A stretch of DNA of 63,166 nucleotides, filler included, from Octopus bimaculoides (lineage: Eukaryota), in the NCBI RefSeq assembly GCF_001194135.2. It is 3 parts of 3 records of this genome, joined end to end, with 100 filler letters (N's around TTAATTAATTAA, not from the genome) between each part and the next. Parts side by side here need not be neighbours in the genome. Positions count along the whole stretch, not along the records: positions 29,844 to 60,299 come from NC_068982.1; 2 more parts are not named here. One strand, given 5' to 3'. Every line of letters begins with the position of its first letter. Positions within the stretch are counted from its first letter, which is position 1. Positions 39,581 through 52,000 of the stretch are shown here, piece by piece. The translations under genes and the position numbers were made by a program. The notes beneath the pieces were generated by a model, which worked only from the letters and a program-made list of their open reading frames with translations, had not been told where the DNA came from and did no database searches.

Positions 39581-40945
39581 GGCATAGACGAAAGTAACGG
39601 CATAAAACATTCAGCAATGAAAGAGAAGATTAGAAAAGAGTACTACAGGAGAGTACGGTTAGTGACAAAGTCTGAACTCAACGCTGCAAACAAAATAGAA
39701 GCCATTAACACTCTTGCAGTACCGATCGTAGCTTACAGTTTCAACATAATCAACTGGCAAATGAGCGAAATAAAGAAACTAGACTACAAGACCAGAAAAC
39801 TACTAACCATGGCTCGAATGAGCCACCCAAAAACGGATGTGAACAGGATTTATTTACCGAGAAGCATGGGAGAAAGAGGACTAACTCAATTAGAATTATC
39901 TTACAAAACCACCACTGTAGGATTAAATACATATCTTGAGCTGTCAAAAGATCCTCTAATGAAGCTTGTGCACCAGCATGATAAAGTAAAGAAGCTATAC
40001 TCGGTATACAAAGAATCTGTACAGTTTAAGAAACAACTGATGACAGAAGAACCTAGGATGAAGGCGAGTGAGAAAGTAACCCAGTTTGCTAAAAGGGTTA
40101 AGGAAGAAATTGAAAAACAAGCGAAGAAGAAGAGCAAAGAAGAATGGCTAGAAAAACCCATGCATGGCCGATGTAGAGTGAACAAATCAGACGTAGAAAA
40201 GCGAGACACTCATGTATTATGGATGAAGACCTCAGGACTGAAGGCCGAAACCGAAGGTTTTATCATAGCAGCAAAAGATCAAGGCTTGGCAGTCAGGGCT
40301 TACCACAAGAAAATAATGAACGATGGCACTGACCAGAAATGCAGAATGTGTCATGAGCAAGATGAAACAGTGAACCACGTCTTAACTGGATGCACAGCGC
40401 TTGCAAAAACCGAATATATTCATAGACACGATAGAGTAGCGCAATATATCCATTGGAAGATATGTAAACACTACCAGCTTCCAGCTTCAGAAAGACGGTA
40501 CCAGCATAAACCTGAAACCGTGACCGGAAAAGATGACGTAACAGTACTCTGGGACATGCCAATGAACACCAATAAAGAAATCAAGGCAAACAGGCCGGAC
40601 ATAATCATCAAAGATGAGAAGAATAAGAAATGCTTAATGCTAGATGTGACAGCACCATCAGAGAGAAATGTGTCCATTAAAGAAGTTGAGAAGTTATTTA
40701 AGTACAAAGCCCTAGAAATGGAAGTGACCAAGAAGTGGGGAATAAAAAGCAGCGCAGCACAGCACCAGTGGTGATTGGAGCATTAGGGCTAATTAAAAAG
40801 GGCCTTGATAAGCAGCTCAACAAACTCCCTTGCAGTGTTAATGTGGGAGAACCTCAGAAAATAGTGTTGCTAGATTCCGCACACATTTTACGCCGTGTAC
40901 TCCGGTTCAGCAGAAGACAACGGACCATATTTTATTTTAAAATAA
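39581..40945 (+). mobile_element. R4/Dong-like non-LTR retrotransposon fragment (post-RT region, CCHC knuckle, restriction-like endonuclease)
   Basis: 385-aa ORF with CRMC...ETVNHVLTGC knuckle, HRHDRVA, RPDIIIKD...LDVTAP and KLFKY; the frameshifted tail continues PVVIGALG...QKIVLL..AHILRRVL; flanked by (AAT)n-type repeats. Confidence 0.9.
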
Positions 40946-41865
40946 TGATAATAACTCTTCCTTATTTTGGCAGGAGGCCAGAAATTTCAAGTGAAGAGAC
41001 AGAAGTGGCTGTGTGGTAAGTAGCTTGCTTACCAACCACATGGTTCCAGGTTCAGTCCTACTGTGTGGCACCTTGAGCAAGTGTCTTCTACTATAGCCTG
41101 GGGCCGACCAAAGTCTTGTGAGTGGATTTGGTAGACAGAAACTGAAAGAAGCCCATCATATATATATGTGTGTGTTTGTGTCTATGTTTGTCCCCCCAAC
41201 ATCGCTTAACAACCAATGCTGGTGTGATTATGTCCCCGTAACTTAGTGGTTCAGCAAAAAGAGACTGATAGAATAAGTACTAGGCTTACAAAGAATAAGT
41301 CATGGGGTCGATTTGCTCAACTAAAGGCGGTGCTCCAGCATGGCCACAGTCAAATGACTGAAACAAATAAAAAAATAAAAGGCTTAGTCAATATCATTCA
41401 CCCCAGTACATGACTGGTAAATTATCAACCAAAAAAGGTTGAAAGATATAGTCCTTGTAGGATCTGAACTCAGAACACAAAATGTTGGAACAAATACTGC
41501 AATAAAATTAATAATAAGAAGAAGAATAACAGTTTTAAATTTTGGCACAAGGCCAACAATTTTGGGGAAGTGGGGAATTCGATTATTTGGATGGTACTTG
41601 TTTCATCGACCCCCAAAAGGACGAAAGGCAAGTCGACCCCAACAACATTTGAACTCAGAACATAATGCTGAAAGAAATTCTGCTAAGCATTTTGTCCTGT
41701 GGGCTAATGATTCTGCCAGCTTGCAGCTTTAACTGCAATAATAATTAATAACAATGATAATGACTTCTTTTATTATAATAAGAAGAAGAAGAGTGAAAGC
41801 ATTTAAACAATTGCATTCAATGAATTTAATGTAAAGCTGTCACAAACTCCATTGGAATCTGTTGT

Positions 41866-42117
41866 CTACAACAAACTTTTCTGATACTCAGCTGCGGCTA
41901 TTTTCTTCTGCAATTTCTGTGAATTCATGTTGAACTCTGTGTATCGTAGTTTGAGATTCTCCACTTCTTGGAGCAGATGTTCACTCTCGTCCTTCTGCAC
42001 TTCAAAGTTGTATAACAAGGTTTTGTTGTTCAACAGGCCACAGCTGCGTTGCAATGCTTGGTTATCATTTTTCAAATAGTCTCGGCCTTGCTTCGTGTTG
42101 TTCAACCGGTCCCTCTT
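41866..42117 (-). CDS. CCDC96: CCDC96 last coding exon (KRDRLNNTKQGRDYLKNDNQALQRSCGLL...QKSLL*)
   Basis: Acceptor CCTTTACAG, stop TAG at 41868-41866; CGLL motif; ATTAAA (41830-41825) and AATAAA (41774-41769) follow on the minus strand. Confidence 0.93.
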   Translation of the reverse strand, partial: KRDRLNNTKQGRDYLKNDNQALQRSCGLLNNKTLLYNFEVQKDESEHLLQEVENLKLRYTEFNMNSQKLQKKIAAAEYQKSLL

Positions 42118-42429
42118 CTGTAAAGGTCAACATGTTTGCAACGCATTACACATACATCAATATAGACATGGTTATATACATTTTCAAGTATACATGCACA
42201 TGCACCCCAGGCACTTATATACATCGATACATGAATATACACTTAGCACACATATACATCCATAGACACAGACCAGGCATGTATGTGCATCCATAGACAC
42301 AGGTATACACCAAACACTTATGTACATCCATACGCATGAAAACAGACAAGGCACTCCTGTACATCCCCCATAAACATACATAGGGGTATATACCAGGTAT
42401 TTATGGATGTACAATGGATATCATGGGGT

Positions 42430-42720
42430 CATAGGCTGGTCGACACAGCAATGGTAAACAGAAAGAACGCCAGAACAATGACGTCTTTCAAGTGTTTGGA
42501 AGATTCTTCTGAAGATGTTGATAGTTATTCTTACCTAGGTGACTTAATTAGCAAAGGAGGTGGATTCCCCTCCCCCCACTGAAAACATAGTTAACAAACT
42601 GGGAAAAGTGTAGGGAACTGTTATCTCTGTTGGCAACAAGGGGCTACCCTCTTTATGTGAAAAGTATGATGCTTAGGTATGAAGTGTGATGTTGCATAGC
42701 AAACAAATATGTACCTCCCC
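42430..42720 (+). pseudogene. Decayed RTE LINE fragment
   Basis: VDSYSYLGDLISKGGG and RELLSLLATRG, homologous to the RTE at 57 kb. Confidence 0.6.
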
Positions 42721-43560
42721 ATGGTACCAATTTTGTATAGAAAGAAGTGATGCTTTACACATTGTTGTTGGTAATGCTGGGCACATAACCAGTTGACACC
42801 AAATAGTCAGGTTACTGTTGTCATTGAAGAGGCTGTTGTGGTTAAGGTGATGGCGTTTGTGGTATAGGTGTTGGTGGCAGTAGTGGTAATAGTACTATTG
42901 GTGGTGGTTTTGGTGATAGTGGTATAGGTGAGTGTAGAGGTGGTAGTAGTGGTGTTGTTGGCAGTGACAGAGGTGTTAATAGTTGTGAGAGTAGTTGTGG
43001 TGGTTGCCATAGCAACAATATGGTCATGATGACAGAAACAGAAGGAATCAGAGAAACAAAACCAAAGATTCCAAATGAAACTGGAGCAGGAATATGTGAC
43101 TTGGAAATCCGACCCAGATCGTTATATGTGATGCAAAAGAACAACTGAAGAATATGATTGTAATTCACAAGAATATTACCAAAGTCATCAAAAAACTCTG
43201 ACTCTTCAAGACTTTGTGTGGAATCAGATCCAACAACAACTTCATCTTTGATCCAACAGATCCAACAACATCTTCATCTGTTTTTACTGAGCATGACCAC
43301 CACCTTATATTCAGCGCAGATGGTGGATGGTAGAGACGTCAGACCAGGCACAAAAGACAACAGAGCGTTGCCAAACACAAAAACAGCACATGGAATGACC
43401 AGCTAACATTTTGACTATTATCACATTGAGTCCAAGAACAATAAACTTCAAGCTATCTCAGCATTTGTCATTCATCATATGACCAACATTTTTTGTTTAC
43501 AATAAAAATATAAAAATATTGTTTTTCAAAAATCTCAAACAGAACCATTGATTTCCTTAC

Positions 43561-43698
43561 CTGGACAACGGCCAGCTCCACTTTATTTAATTCTTCCCCC
43601 AACATTTTATTCTCTAACTTCATAAACTGTAATTTCTCTTTCAAATGGGTCAATACCTCCACGGTGCTTTTGATTTTTTTCTTTAATTTTTGTAGTTC
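43561..43698 (-). CDS. CCDC96: CCDC96 exon (ELQKLKKKIKSTVEVLTHLKEKLQFMKLENK...VVQ)
   Basis: Acceptor TTTTCGTTTTTCAG, donor CAG|GTAAGG; 138 nt; VLTHLKEKL motif. Confidence 0.95.
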
Positions 43699-43944
43699 CT
43701 GAAAAACGAAAAATGGAAGAAAAAATACTTTGGCATTTCCAGTGCATTACTCCTTCATAACTTGATGCTAATTACCATACACACAATGTAAATAATGTAA
43801 ATAATGAAATAACTTTGGTTGTAGATAATGAATCTTTTGCTCCCTGCCCAGAATATTTGAGGGGAGGGGGTGGATGGTCAAAGAATAGGAAATCTTTTGT
43901 TGAAGAAAATAAAATAAACATTTTTGTCAAATAATCCTTAAGGA

Positions 43945-43988
<44 letters not shown>

Positions 43989-43995
43989 TATTTAC

Positions 43996-44088
43996 CTCAT
44001 TCCTTTCTTCAATTTTTTCATTATATGTTTGATTTTCAATTTTCAGTTGTTCAAAATCAATCAAATGCAAACCTTCAGCAAGTTCCTC
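43996..44088 (-). CDS. CCDC96: CCDC96 exon (EELAEGLHLIDFEQLKIENQTYNEKIEERNE); not in the ORF track
   Basis: Acceptor TTTGTTGGTAG, donor GAG|GTAAAT; 93 nt, phase 0/0; GLHLIDFEQLKIENQ..EKIEERN is the hallmark conserved DUF4201 segment of CCDC96. Confidence 0.95.
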
Positions 44089-45145
44089 CTACCAACAAAC
44101 AAACACCAACCATCATAATACACAGAGATAATACCATTCAGCCCATTTAAAAAAAAAAATTCTTCAATATGTAACATTGGTGAAGCAATTATTTAGATAT
44201 TTACAAAGTGAAAACAGAAATTAAATAATCATTTATTTAAGTCACAGTTTCTGTATACAATAACTTCATTAATTGTAGGTTTATAACAGACCTGGTTTGA
44301 TTATTGGGGAGTTTAGTTGATTCCATCAACCCCAAAATTTGAATTGTGCTTTATCTTACTGACCCCCACCCCCAACAAAAGAATAAAAGGCTAAGTTGAC
44401 CTTGGCAGGATTGAAATTCAAATGTAAACAATCAAAAGAAACATTACAAGACATTTTCTTTTCCAATCCTCTTAAAAAAACCATAAACACACCAACACCA
44501 CTGATTGTCAAGCAGTGGTGGAGGACAAACATAGATAAGATACACACATACATATATATATATGACGGGCTTCTTTCAGTCTCCACCTACTAAATTCACT
44601 CGCAAGTCTTTGGCTGGCTCATGGTTATAGAAGAAGACACTTGCCCAAGATGCCATGCAGTGGGACTGAAACCAGAACCATGCACTTGGGAAACAAACTT
44701 CTTACCACACAGTGAGATATACTAAGATCAAACTTATTATATTCGTTTTTATTCCTTTACTTGTTCCATCTCCTAGGTTGTGGCCGTGCTGGAGCACTGC
44801 CATATGTTGGTGTACAATCTGCAATAATATTTTAGTAACATCATGCGTGGGTTGCTGCCAGAGTTGCCTGAGTGACTCCCTGTATCGGTGGCACGTAAAA
44901 AGCCCCATCCGAACGTGGCTGAGGTCAGTGCTGCCTGACTGGCTCCCATGCCAGTGGCACGGAAAAAGCACTCACTACACTCTCGGAGTGGTTGGCATTA
45001 GAAGGGCATCCAGCTGTGGAAACATTGCCAAAACACTCAATTGGAGCCTAGTGCAGTTCTCTGCTTTGCTAGCTCCTGTCAAGCCATCCAACCCATGCCA
45101 GCATGGAAGGCAGACAGTAAATGATGATGAGATGATTATATATAC

Positions 45146-45213
<68 letters not shown>

Positions 45214-45745
45214 CCATGCCGGTGGCACGTAAAAAGCACCCACTGCACTTTCGGAGTGGTTGGGGTTAGGAAGAGCATCAAGCTGTAGAAACTCTGCCAG
45301 ATCAGATTGGAGCCTGGCGCAACCTACTGGCCTGCCAGTCTTCAGTCAAACCGTCCAACCCATGCCAGCATGGAAAATGGATGTTAAATGATGATGATGA
45401 TGATGATGAAACTGAACTCCTGAAACAATTGTACAAGAGAAGATCAATTCCCAACTTTTGTTTTAATTTTCATTGTGTCTAGCAAGAATGCTTCCACCAA
45501 TATTTTCAATTATTCACTTGATAGCTTAGTCACCAGAGGAAGGGCAATGTCCCTGACAATTAGACTAGCAGAAGGGCAATTCTGAAAATTGGACCAGTCA
45601 AAAGGCAGATCCTTTGATGCTTTGGCAGGAAGAAGAGCAACATCTCTGAAAATTTGGTGGAGAGAAAGGCAATGGTTCTGACAATTTGGCTGGGAAACCA
45701 TTTCTCTTTTATTCTCTTCTTTTCAAACAATTCTACCAAACTTAC

Positions 45746-45865
45746 CGTTGATTTCAACTGTTGTTCCTTTTTCTTCAATTTGTTCTTCAGTTTTATATTT
45801 TCCAATCGAATATTTGAAACTTCAGTCTGTCTCTTCTTCTCTGCTTCCAAATATTGTTCAACATC
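45746..45865 (-). CDS. CCDC96: CCDC96 exon (DVEQYLEAEKKRQTEVSNIRLENIKLKNKLKKKEQQLKST)
   Basis: Acceptor CTTTTACAG, donor ACG|GTAAGT; 120 nt, phase 0/0; VRLENIKL-type motif of the DUF4201 region. Confidence 0.92.
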
Positions 45866-46975
45866 CTGTAAAAGAACGCTGACTGTGTAAGTTCTAAGAA
45901 ATATAGAATACATGTAACCCAGTGAATTACTGCTATCATGCTATTAAACTAATGCAATACCCACTAGCTTTTAAATTCAATGAGTATATTATAACCCTTT
46001 TGATGCCAACCTGCTTGAGATCACCTTTGGTTCTACAACCTGTTTTGGAATAATCTAAATTAAAATCTTCCGTCAAAATTTCCTGTTAATTTTTCTTCTA
46101 AAGACCATTTTGGTAATATAAAGTTATTTCATTAAATTCTTTGTTATTTACCAAATTGAAACAAAGACAATGTATTTCAACAGGAAAATGGTAACAAAAG
46201 TTTTAAAGGTTTAATGATACNNNNNNNNNNNNNNNNNNNNNNNNNNNNNNNNNNNNNNNNNNNNNNNNNNNNNNNNNNNNNNNNNNNNNNNNNNNNNNNN
46301 NNNNNNNNNNNNNNNNNNNNNNNNNNNNNNNNNNNNNNNNNNNNNNNNNNNNNNNNNNNNNNNNNNNNNNNCAATGTATTTCAACAGGAAAATGGTAACA
46401 AAAGTTTTAAAGGTTTAATGATACTAATTGCATAGCCTGTCATCATCTCAGTTCCATAAGACATAAAAATAGCCAAAGTGATGACAGAAATTATACAATA
46501 ATAGTGATTATGATGGTGATGGTAATCATAGTGTTTATGGTGGTAGTGGTGGTGGTGGTGGTGTTGCTGCTGCTGCTGGGAAAGGTTGTTGTTATTGTGT
46601 ACATAGAGCCACTACATATTTGTTTGACCTATTAGAAATAGCAGCCAAACTTCCTACAAACTTCACCCTACCATGTTAAAAGGATATACCGGATAACTCA
46701 CTTTTGGATAAAGTATGAGAAGACAGTATAGGATGGTCATGGTTAGAATGTCAGTCAGATGGTAAAGACAGGTCACAGAAAGCTATTATAGGGATGCTAG
46801 TGGTGGGGGCAATGATGATGATGATGATGATGATAGCAATGACAATAAGAACAACAGCATAAAATCTTCCTTTCACCAAATGAATACGATTCCAAAATGG
46901 AATCTGTTCTGTCTTTGGAATCATGTTGAATGTGTTGTAGAAAAACAAAGACAAAAACAATCCCTATTTCCTCAC

Positions 46976-47169
46976 CATTTTGGGTATTTGCTGTCCTGTT
47001 CGGCTATTTATGGCACAGGTAGCAACCTCTTTCTTGAATTCATAGAGTTTCATCAACTCACTGTCAACTTTTTCTTTCTTCTCTGAACATTTCTGCTTCA
47101 GATCTTCGATATATTGATAGTGCCGGTCTTTTTCAGCTATTTCTTGCTCCTGTAAGTCTTCTATTTGTG
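46976..47169 (-). CDS. CCDC96: CCDC96 exon (AQIEDLQEQE...FKKEVATCAINSRTGQQIPKM)
   Basis: Acceptor TGTTTACAG, donor ATG|GTGAGG; phase 1 in, 0 out; coiled-coil composition. Confidence 0.9.
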
Positions 47170-47189
47170 CTGTAAACATAAATTAACAG

Positions 47190-47500
47190 ATTTGAATTTC
47201 TCAGACGGCTCTTCAGGAGTAATTGATAGTTTCTGTTTCTTGGGGACTTTAATCAGGGAAAGAGGGAACTGCAAAAGCATAGGGGCCAGAGAAAGAATGG
47301 AGAAAAAAGAAGTTTGGCAAAAATTCAGCCCCTGCTGGCAAAATAATACATTTTCATCTTTGAATGAAGGGCAGATTGTATGAGGCAGGGGTCCAATGAA
47401 TAATACAGTAGAATATGGATAATGGATGCAAGTAAAGGGCAAAGATTATTAAGAAATGAGATGAGGTTGCTCCAGCGGGATGTGGAACTCAAACAAGTGA
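47190..47500 (+). pseudogene. Decayed RTE LINE fragment
   Basis: VIDSFCFLGTLIRERG...ARER matches the RTE YLG region. Confidence 0.5.
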
Positions 47501-47789
47501 GAGAAAATCTGGGAATAAAAGAAACTAGATGCAGGATATAAGTGAGAAGATGATTGTGTTGGTAGAGAGGATGAGGTAATTGGGGGTGGGGCGGGACTAA
47601 GGGATGTCAAGCAATCCTGGTGGAAAGAATCTACAAAAAAGGAAAATAAGTCTGACAAAATGGTGATGGAACCTAATGAAAGAGATGATGAAGAACAAAA
47701 GATGAGGTACAATGCTGGAGAAAATTTATCTCAGTATGGACATGAATGGGAGTAAAGTTGGAAATTTGTGTGTGTGCATGTTCATATGT

Positions 47790-48178
47790 GGAGGCACAAT
47801 GGCCCAGTGGTTAGGGCAGCGGACTCGCGGTCATAGGATTGCAGTTTCGATTCCCAGACTGGGCGTTGTGAGTGTTTATTGAGCGAAAACACCTAAAGCT
47901 CCATGAGGCTCTGGCAGGGGATGGTGGCGAACTCTGCTGTACTCTTCCACCACAACTTTCTCTCACTCTTACTTCCTGCTTCTGTTGTGCCTGTAATTCA
48001 AAGGGCAGCCTCGTCACACTGTGTCACGCTGAATCTCCCCGAGAATTACGTTAAGGGTACACGTGTCTGTGGAGTGCTCAGCCACTTGCACATTAATTTC
48101 ACGAGCAGGCTGTTCTGTTGATCGGATCAACTGGAACCCTCGACATCGTAAGCGATGGAGTGCCAACAACAACAACAA
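47790..48178 (+). mobile_element. Full-length SINE family A with 14-bp target-site duplication
   Basis: GCATGTTCATATGT at 47776-47789 and 48179-48192; (CAA)n tail. Confidence 0.92.
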
Positions 48179-50131
48179 GCATGTTCATATGTATGTTTGT
48201 GTGTACGTATCTAAGTATATCTATGTGTATGTATGTCATAGTGTTATTGATAACATGTAACCCAGTACAACCTGTCACATGACAGGCCGTCAGTGACTCA
48301 ATTGGCAACCCTATCAAACTTGCTTGGCAAGGAGGGTGGCTTTGTTCGACACCCAGCAGGACTAGAAACAAAACTTGTCAAAGGGTAGATGTACTCAGTC
48401 TAATCAATGATCATCCAACATCTGGGAACGAGAGAGTCTCCTAGTCTTTGTTTAGACATCTCTCTAGGAAGAACAAAAAACTCTCATGAAACACCTTTGT
48501 TTGCATCCATTACTGTGGAATGGTTCTTCTTTTTTGGGGACCAATATATATGTTGTTTAAAGGGTAGGATTGAACCTGTGCAGGGCCTTTCCTCACTTTG
48601 AAAATCGTAAGATTCAAGCATCACTTGATTCTTAATATCCCTATTAAGTGTTTGCATGGTGTGGCTGGCTGGCGCCAAGAAAGGAAAAACGTTTAAGGAA
48701 AAGTTCCATGATGAAATGAAGGAATGGTAAGCTCTCTGAATGTCTGCTGCAAGAGGCACCCATTGTTGTTGCATTCAGGTAAAAGTGTGTTGGTCCCTAG
48801 CAGAAGAGAAAAGTCACATCAATTACTGCTCATATTTTAGAGAACAATCAAGCAATGGCATGGCTCAATCAGCCCACAACCACCATTCGCTCATTTATAT
48901 ATGCATACAAATTTGTATGTGTATGTATGTATGAATATATGTATGCATGTATGTATGTATGAATTTATGTATGTATGCACCAAATATATCTGGAGTTTAA
49001 AGGATGACATTATTAACAATTATAAAATCAATTGATCAATTATAGAATACACATGCATTCATGGTTCCAGAAGGTGTAATCTTTGTCTTGCAGACAAATA
49101 CAACATCCTATTACAGCCATTTATAATTTTGAACAAAAGATCTGAATTTGCGATTTCCTGCAAACCTTCATCAGAATTTATTAAGGAATTTCCAGATACC
49201 AACCAGTCAGAGTAGTCAACTCTTCACATAATAGAATTAAAATACCTTGGCAATTATTCACCAACACTAAAACTGCATTAACAATAATCTTCTTCAACAT
49301 AGAGAAGAAAGGACTATTTAGTCTTGCTGAGTAGAAGGCAGCCTCACAAACTGTGGTGCTACAATAAAATGCACCCAGCACACTCAATAAAGTTCATGGT
49401 GTTAAGAAGAGCAGCCATTCACAGAAACTGTGTTTAACGCTTTAGCATTTTAACTGACCATATAAGGCCAAAATATTCCACTTGTTTTATGTTCAAACTG
49501 ACCCAATTTGACTTCTTGCACCTACCCTACAATGTCATTCTGAAAGTAAACAATCACATATTTGAAATCTTAAAGCTACAAGATGATGCAAGATTAACTG
49601 AAAACGATGGTAATAAATAATCCTTACATTTGACAGAATAATCCGAATGCTGAAGGATTAAAATGTAGAGCTCAATATTTTATACCTGAAAATAAGATGG
49701 AATGGTCAGCACTAGAACACCAGGGCCGATCTGGTGAATTGGAACAAATACCTTTCAGTATTTAATTCCAGTTCCTTAGATTGTGAGTTCAAACCTTAAC
49801 AGAATTGACTTTGTTTTTCATCTTAATGAGATTAATAATCAAGAAGTAGGCATGTTTTAGGAGCAACTTTCAAAGAGATTGTGGTAACCTCATTCTGATT
49901 TGTGACATTGGGAAATTAATTAGTTCAAGTTGTTGTTTAGAACAAGGTTAGTCACTTCAGATGTTCCATGAAAACAACCCAATACCACATTACTAATGTG
50001 TTCTTTTTATCTCAGATGATACAATATGATTTGAGTGAGTTTTGGCTGTTATTTCTAGCGATTTCTACCAACAATGTCAAGGCTCACTGTTGGTTCCTTA
50101 TGATTAAAAAACAAAAATAAAGCAACCATAC

Positions 50132-50282
50132 CCATCAGTTTCAGGTAGCGCTCCTCTTGGTCTGCATTGCTTTTTGTCTCAATGTGAGTATCATCAGCTT
50201 TCTTCTTCTTAAAGAATTCCGCCAGTTTTTGCTGTATATGGGAATTCCGAACTTGTAGTTCCTCCAAGACATTTATTGCTGC
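50132..50282 (-). CDS. CCDC96: CCDC96 exon (AAINVLEELQVRNSHIQQKLAEFFKKKK...DQEERYLKLM)
   Basis: Acceptor TTTATTGCAG, donor TGG|GTATGG; resembles, from recall, the CCDC96 LQ.KI...R.KK and EQ.YL motifs. Confidence 0.9.
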
Positions 50283-51686
50283 CTGCAATAAACAAAGTTA
50301 TTCCAACATTGTGGAATGATAGAATTTAGAGAAGTTACCAAAAGCCAGTTGAATGTGGAATGGTACTTAAGCCTGGGAACAGAGGGCGCAAAAGCACCGG
50401 CTAAAATTTGGGGGTGGGGTGGGGGGAGAGTGGCAAAGAAAACACGTTTGGATGTAGGTTTGTGGACCCTAAGCAAATTTCATTCCTGCATTTATGGAAT
50501 GGTACAAAGATGGAGAGAAACTGGAATAAATTAATGAGTAGAGGAAGATGCAGAGATGAAAGTCTTGAACAAGACAACATCACTGAGGGGAGAAGTGTTG
50601 TTTGGTGGATGAGGCAGAAAAGGAAATATTGATGAAGTGTAGGGGGTGGAGAGGAAGAAGGGGGACAGATGTTAGTGGGAGAAGGACAAAATCATTAAGG
50701 ATGTTAGTTGGGGGATGAATCACAATGTTGTAAGTTCAAATTCAAATGAAGTCAACTTAAGCCTTAATCCACCCACGGGGCAATAAGGTCAGGTACCAGG
50801 CCATGGAAGGGAGTCAGCATGATTGTAAGATCATCAGAGAAAGTCCTTTGTGGTATTTGTTCCATCTCTTTGTGTTCTGAGTCCTTGGCTGGTAGACGAA
50901 ATTAATTCAGGTCCAGTTTAATACCCCACCCCCCACCCAACTTGTCCTTGGGTACCTTTAGCAGTGTCCATTCTGTTACAAACAATCAGGCCAGGTGTCC
51001 CGTTTGAGGACCCCTTCCTCTCGTCCTTTAATCAGTCTCAGGGGTCCTAAAAGAAAGAGCTACAGCTGCTCGTCTTCTCTCCTCAACTAAGTGGTAAGAA
51101 AAATTATTCGAAAAACAATGGGGAAGGAGAAAACGAATTTCTTCTTCTGTTTAAATTTTTCTTTCTCCATTTTCAATCTCTATTTCTTTTCTCTCTGTCC
51201 AACAATAAATTGTTCTGCATGAAAGCCACAACTCCCCTTCTTCCTTTCATATATGTTAACTGTCAATCAGTATTTCTTGTGTTGGATTATGATTGCTACT
51301 GTTTTTGTTTAGCCCCAGGCCAACCTCATTGAAGCAGATCAACAATCAAAGGTATTCTGCCCATGATCATCTCCTCTATCTATGAGGGCCCATTGACTAG
51401 GTAAACAGGGCAACATTTGCCCATTATTGGAAGGCTGGTCCATTGCAGGGGACCCATTTACATCTGAGTGGAGTGGGGCAAGGTGAAATGAAGTGTTTTG
51501 CTCAAGAACACAATGTGCTGCCCAGTCTAGGAATTGAACTCACAATTGCTAGATTGTGAGTGCAACACACCTAACCACTAGACCACACACTTTTGTGAAC
51601 TCTGTTGTGGAGTGAACTGACACCCCCACATGTGACTGTCAGCAGATTGGATGAGTCTATAAATAGATGAGCCAGTTGACAGTTGT

Positions 51687-51739
51687 GGTCAAACTGTGAG
51701 GTCAAACTGTGAGGTCAAACTGTGAGGTCAAACTGTGAG
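51687..51739. repeat. 13-bp tandem repeat x4
   Basis: GGTCAAACTGTGA. Confidence 0.9.
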
Positions 51740-51923
51740 AGTGTTAGTCTTGTGATTGATTCTGCGTTGGAGTATTGGATTGTTATTGCGTGAACGGTTA
51801 TGATAAGATAACTAAGTCTTGTTACATTGCTTATTGTTATACGGTTATTTTTGTTACACCCACACCCACACCCACATCATTATCATCACAGACGATATAA
51901 CAAATAGTAAAAAAGACACTCAC

Positions 51924-52000
51924 TTGGTAACGAGCCATCAACATGTCTCTTTTCTGTTCGTAGTCATATGCCTCTAAATGTGTTTGTTCCAAATCTTCTT
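51924..52000 (-). CDS. CCDC96: CCDC96 exon (EEDLEQTHLEAYDYEQKRDMLMARYQ)
   Basis: Acceptor (GTT)nGTAG, donor CAA|GTGAGT; phase 1 in, 0 out. Confidence 0.85.

Noticed and set aside
46168-46424. 53-bp sequence repeated on both sides of an N gap
   Set aside because: Most likely an unmerged contig overlap, not a real duplication.
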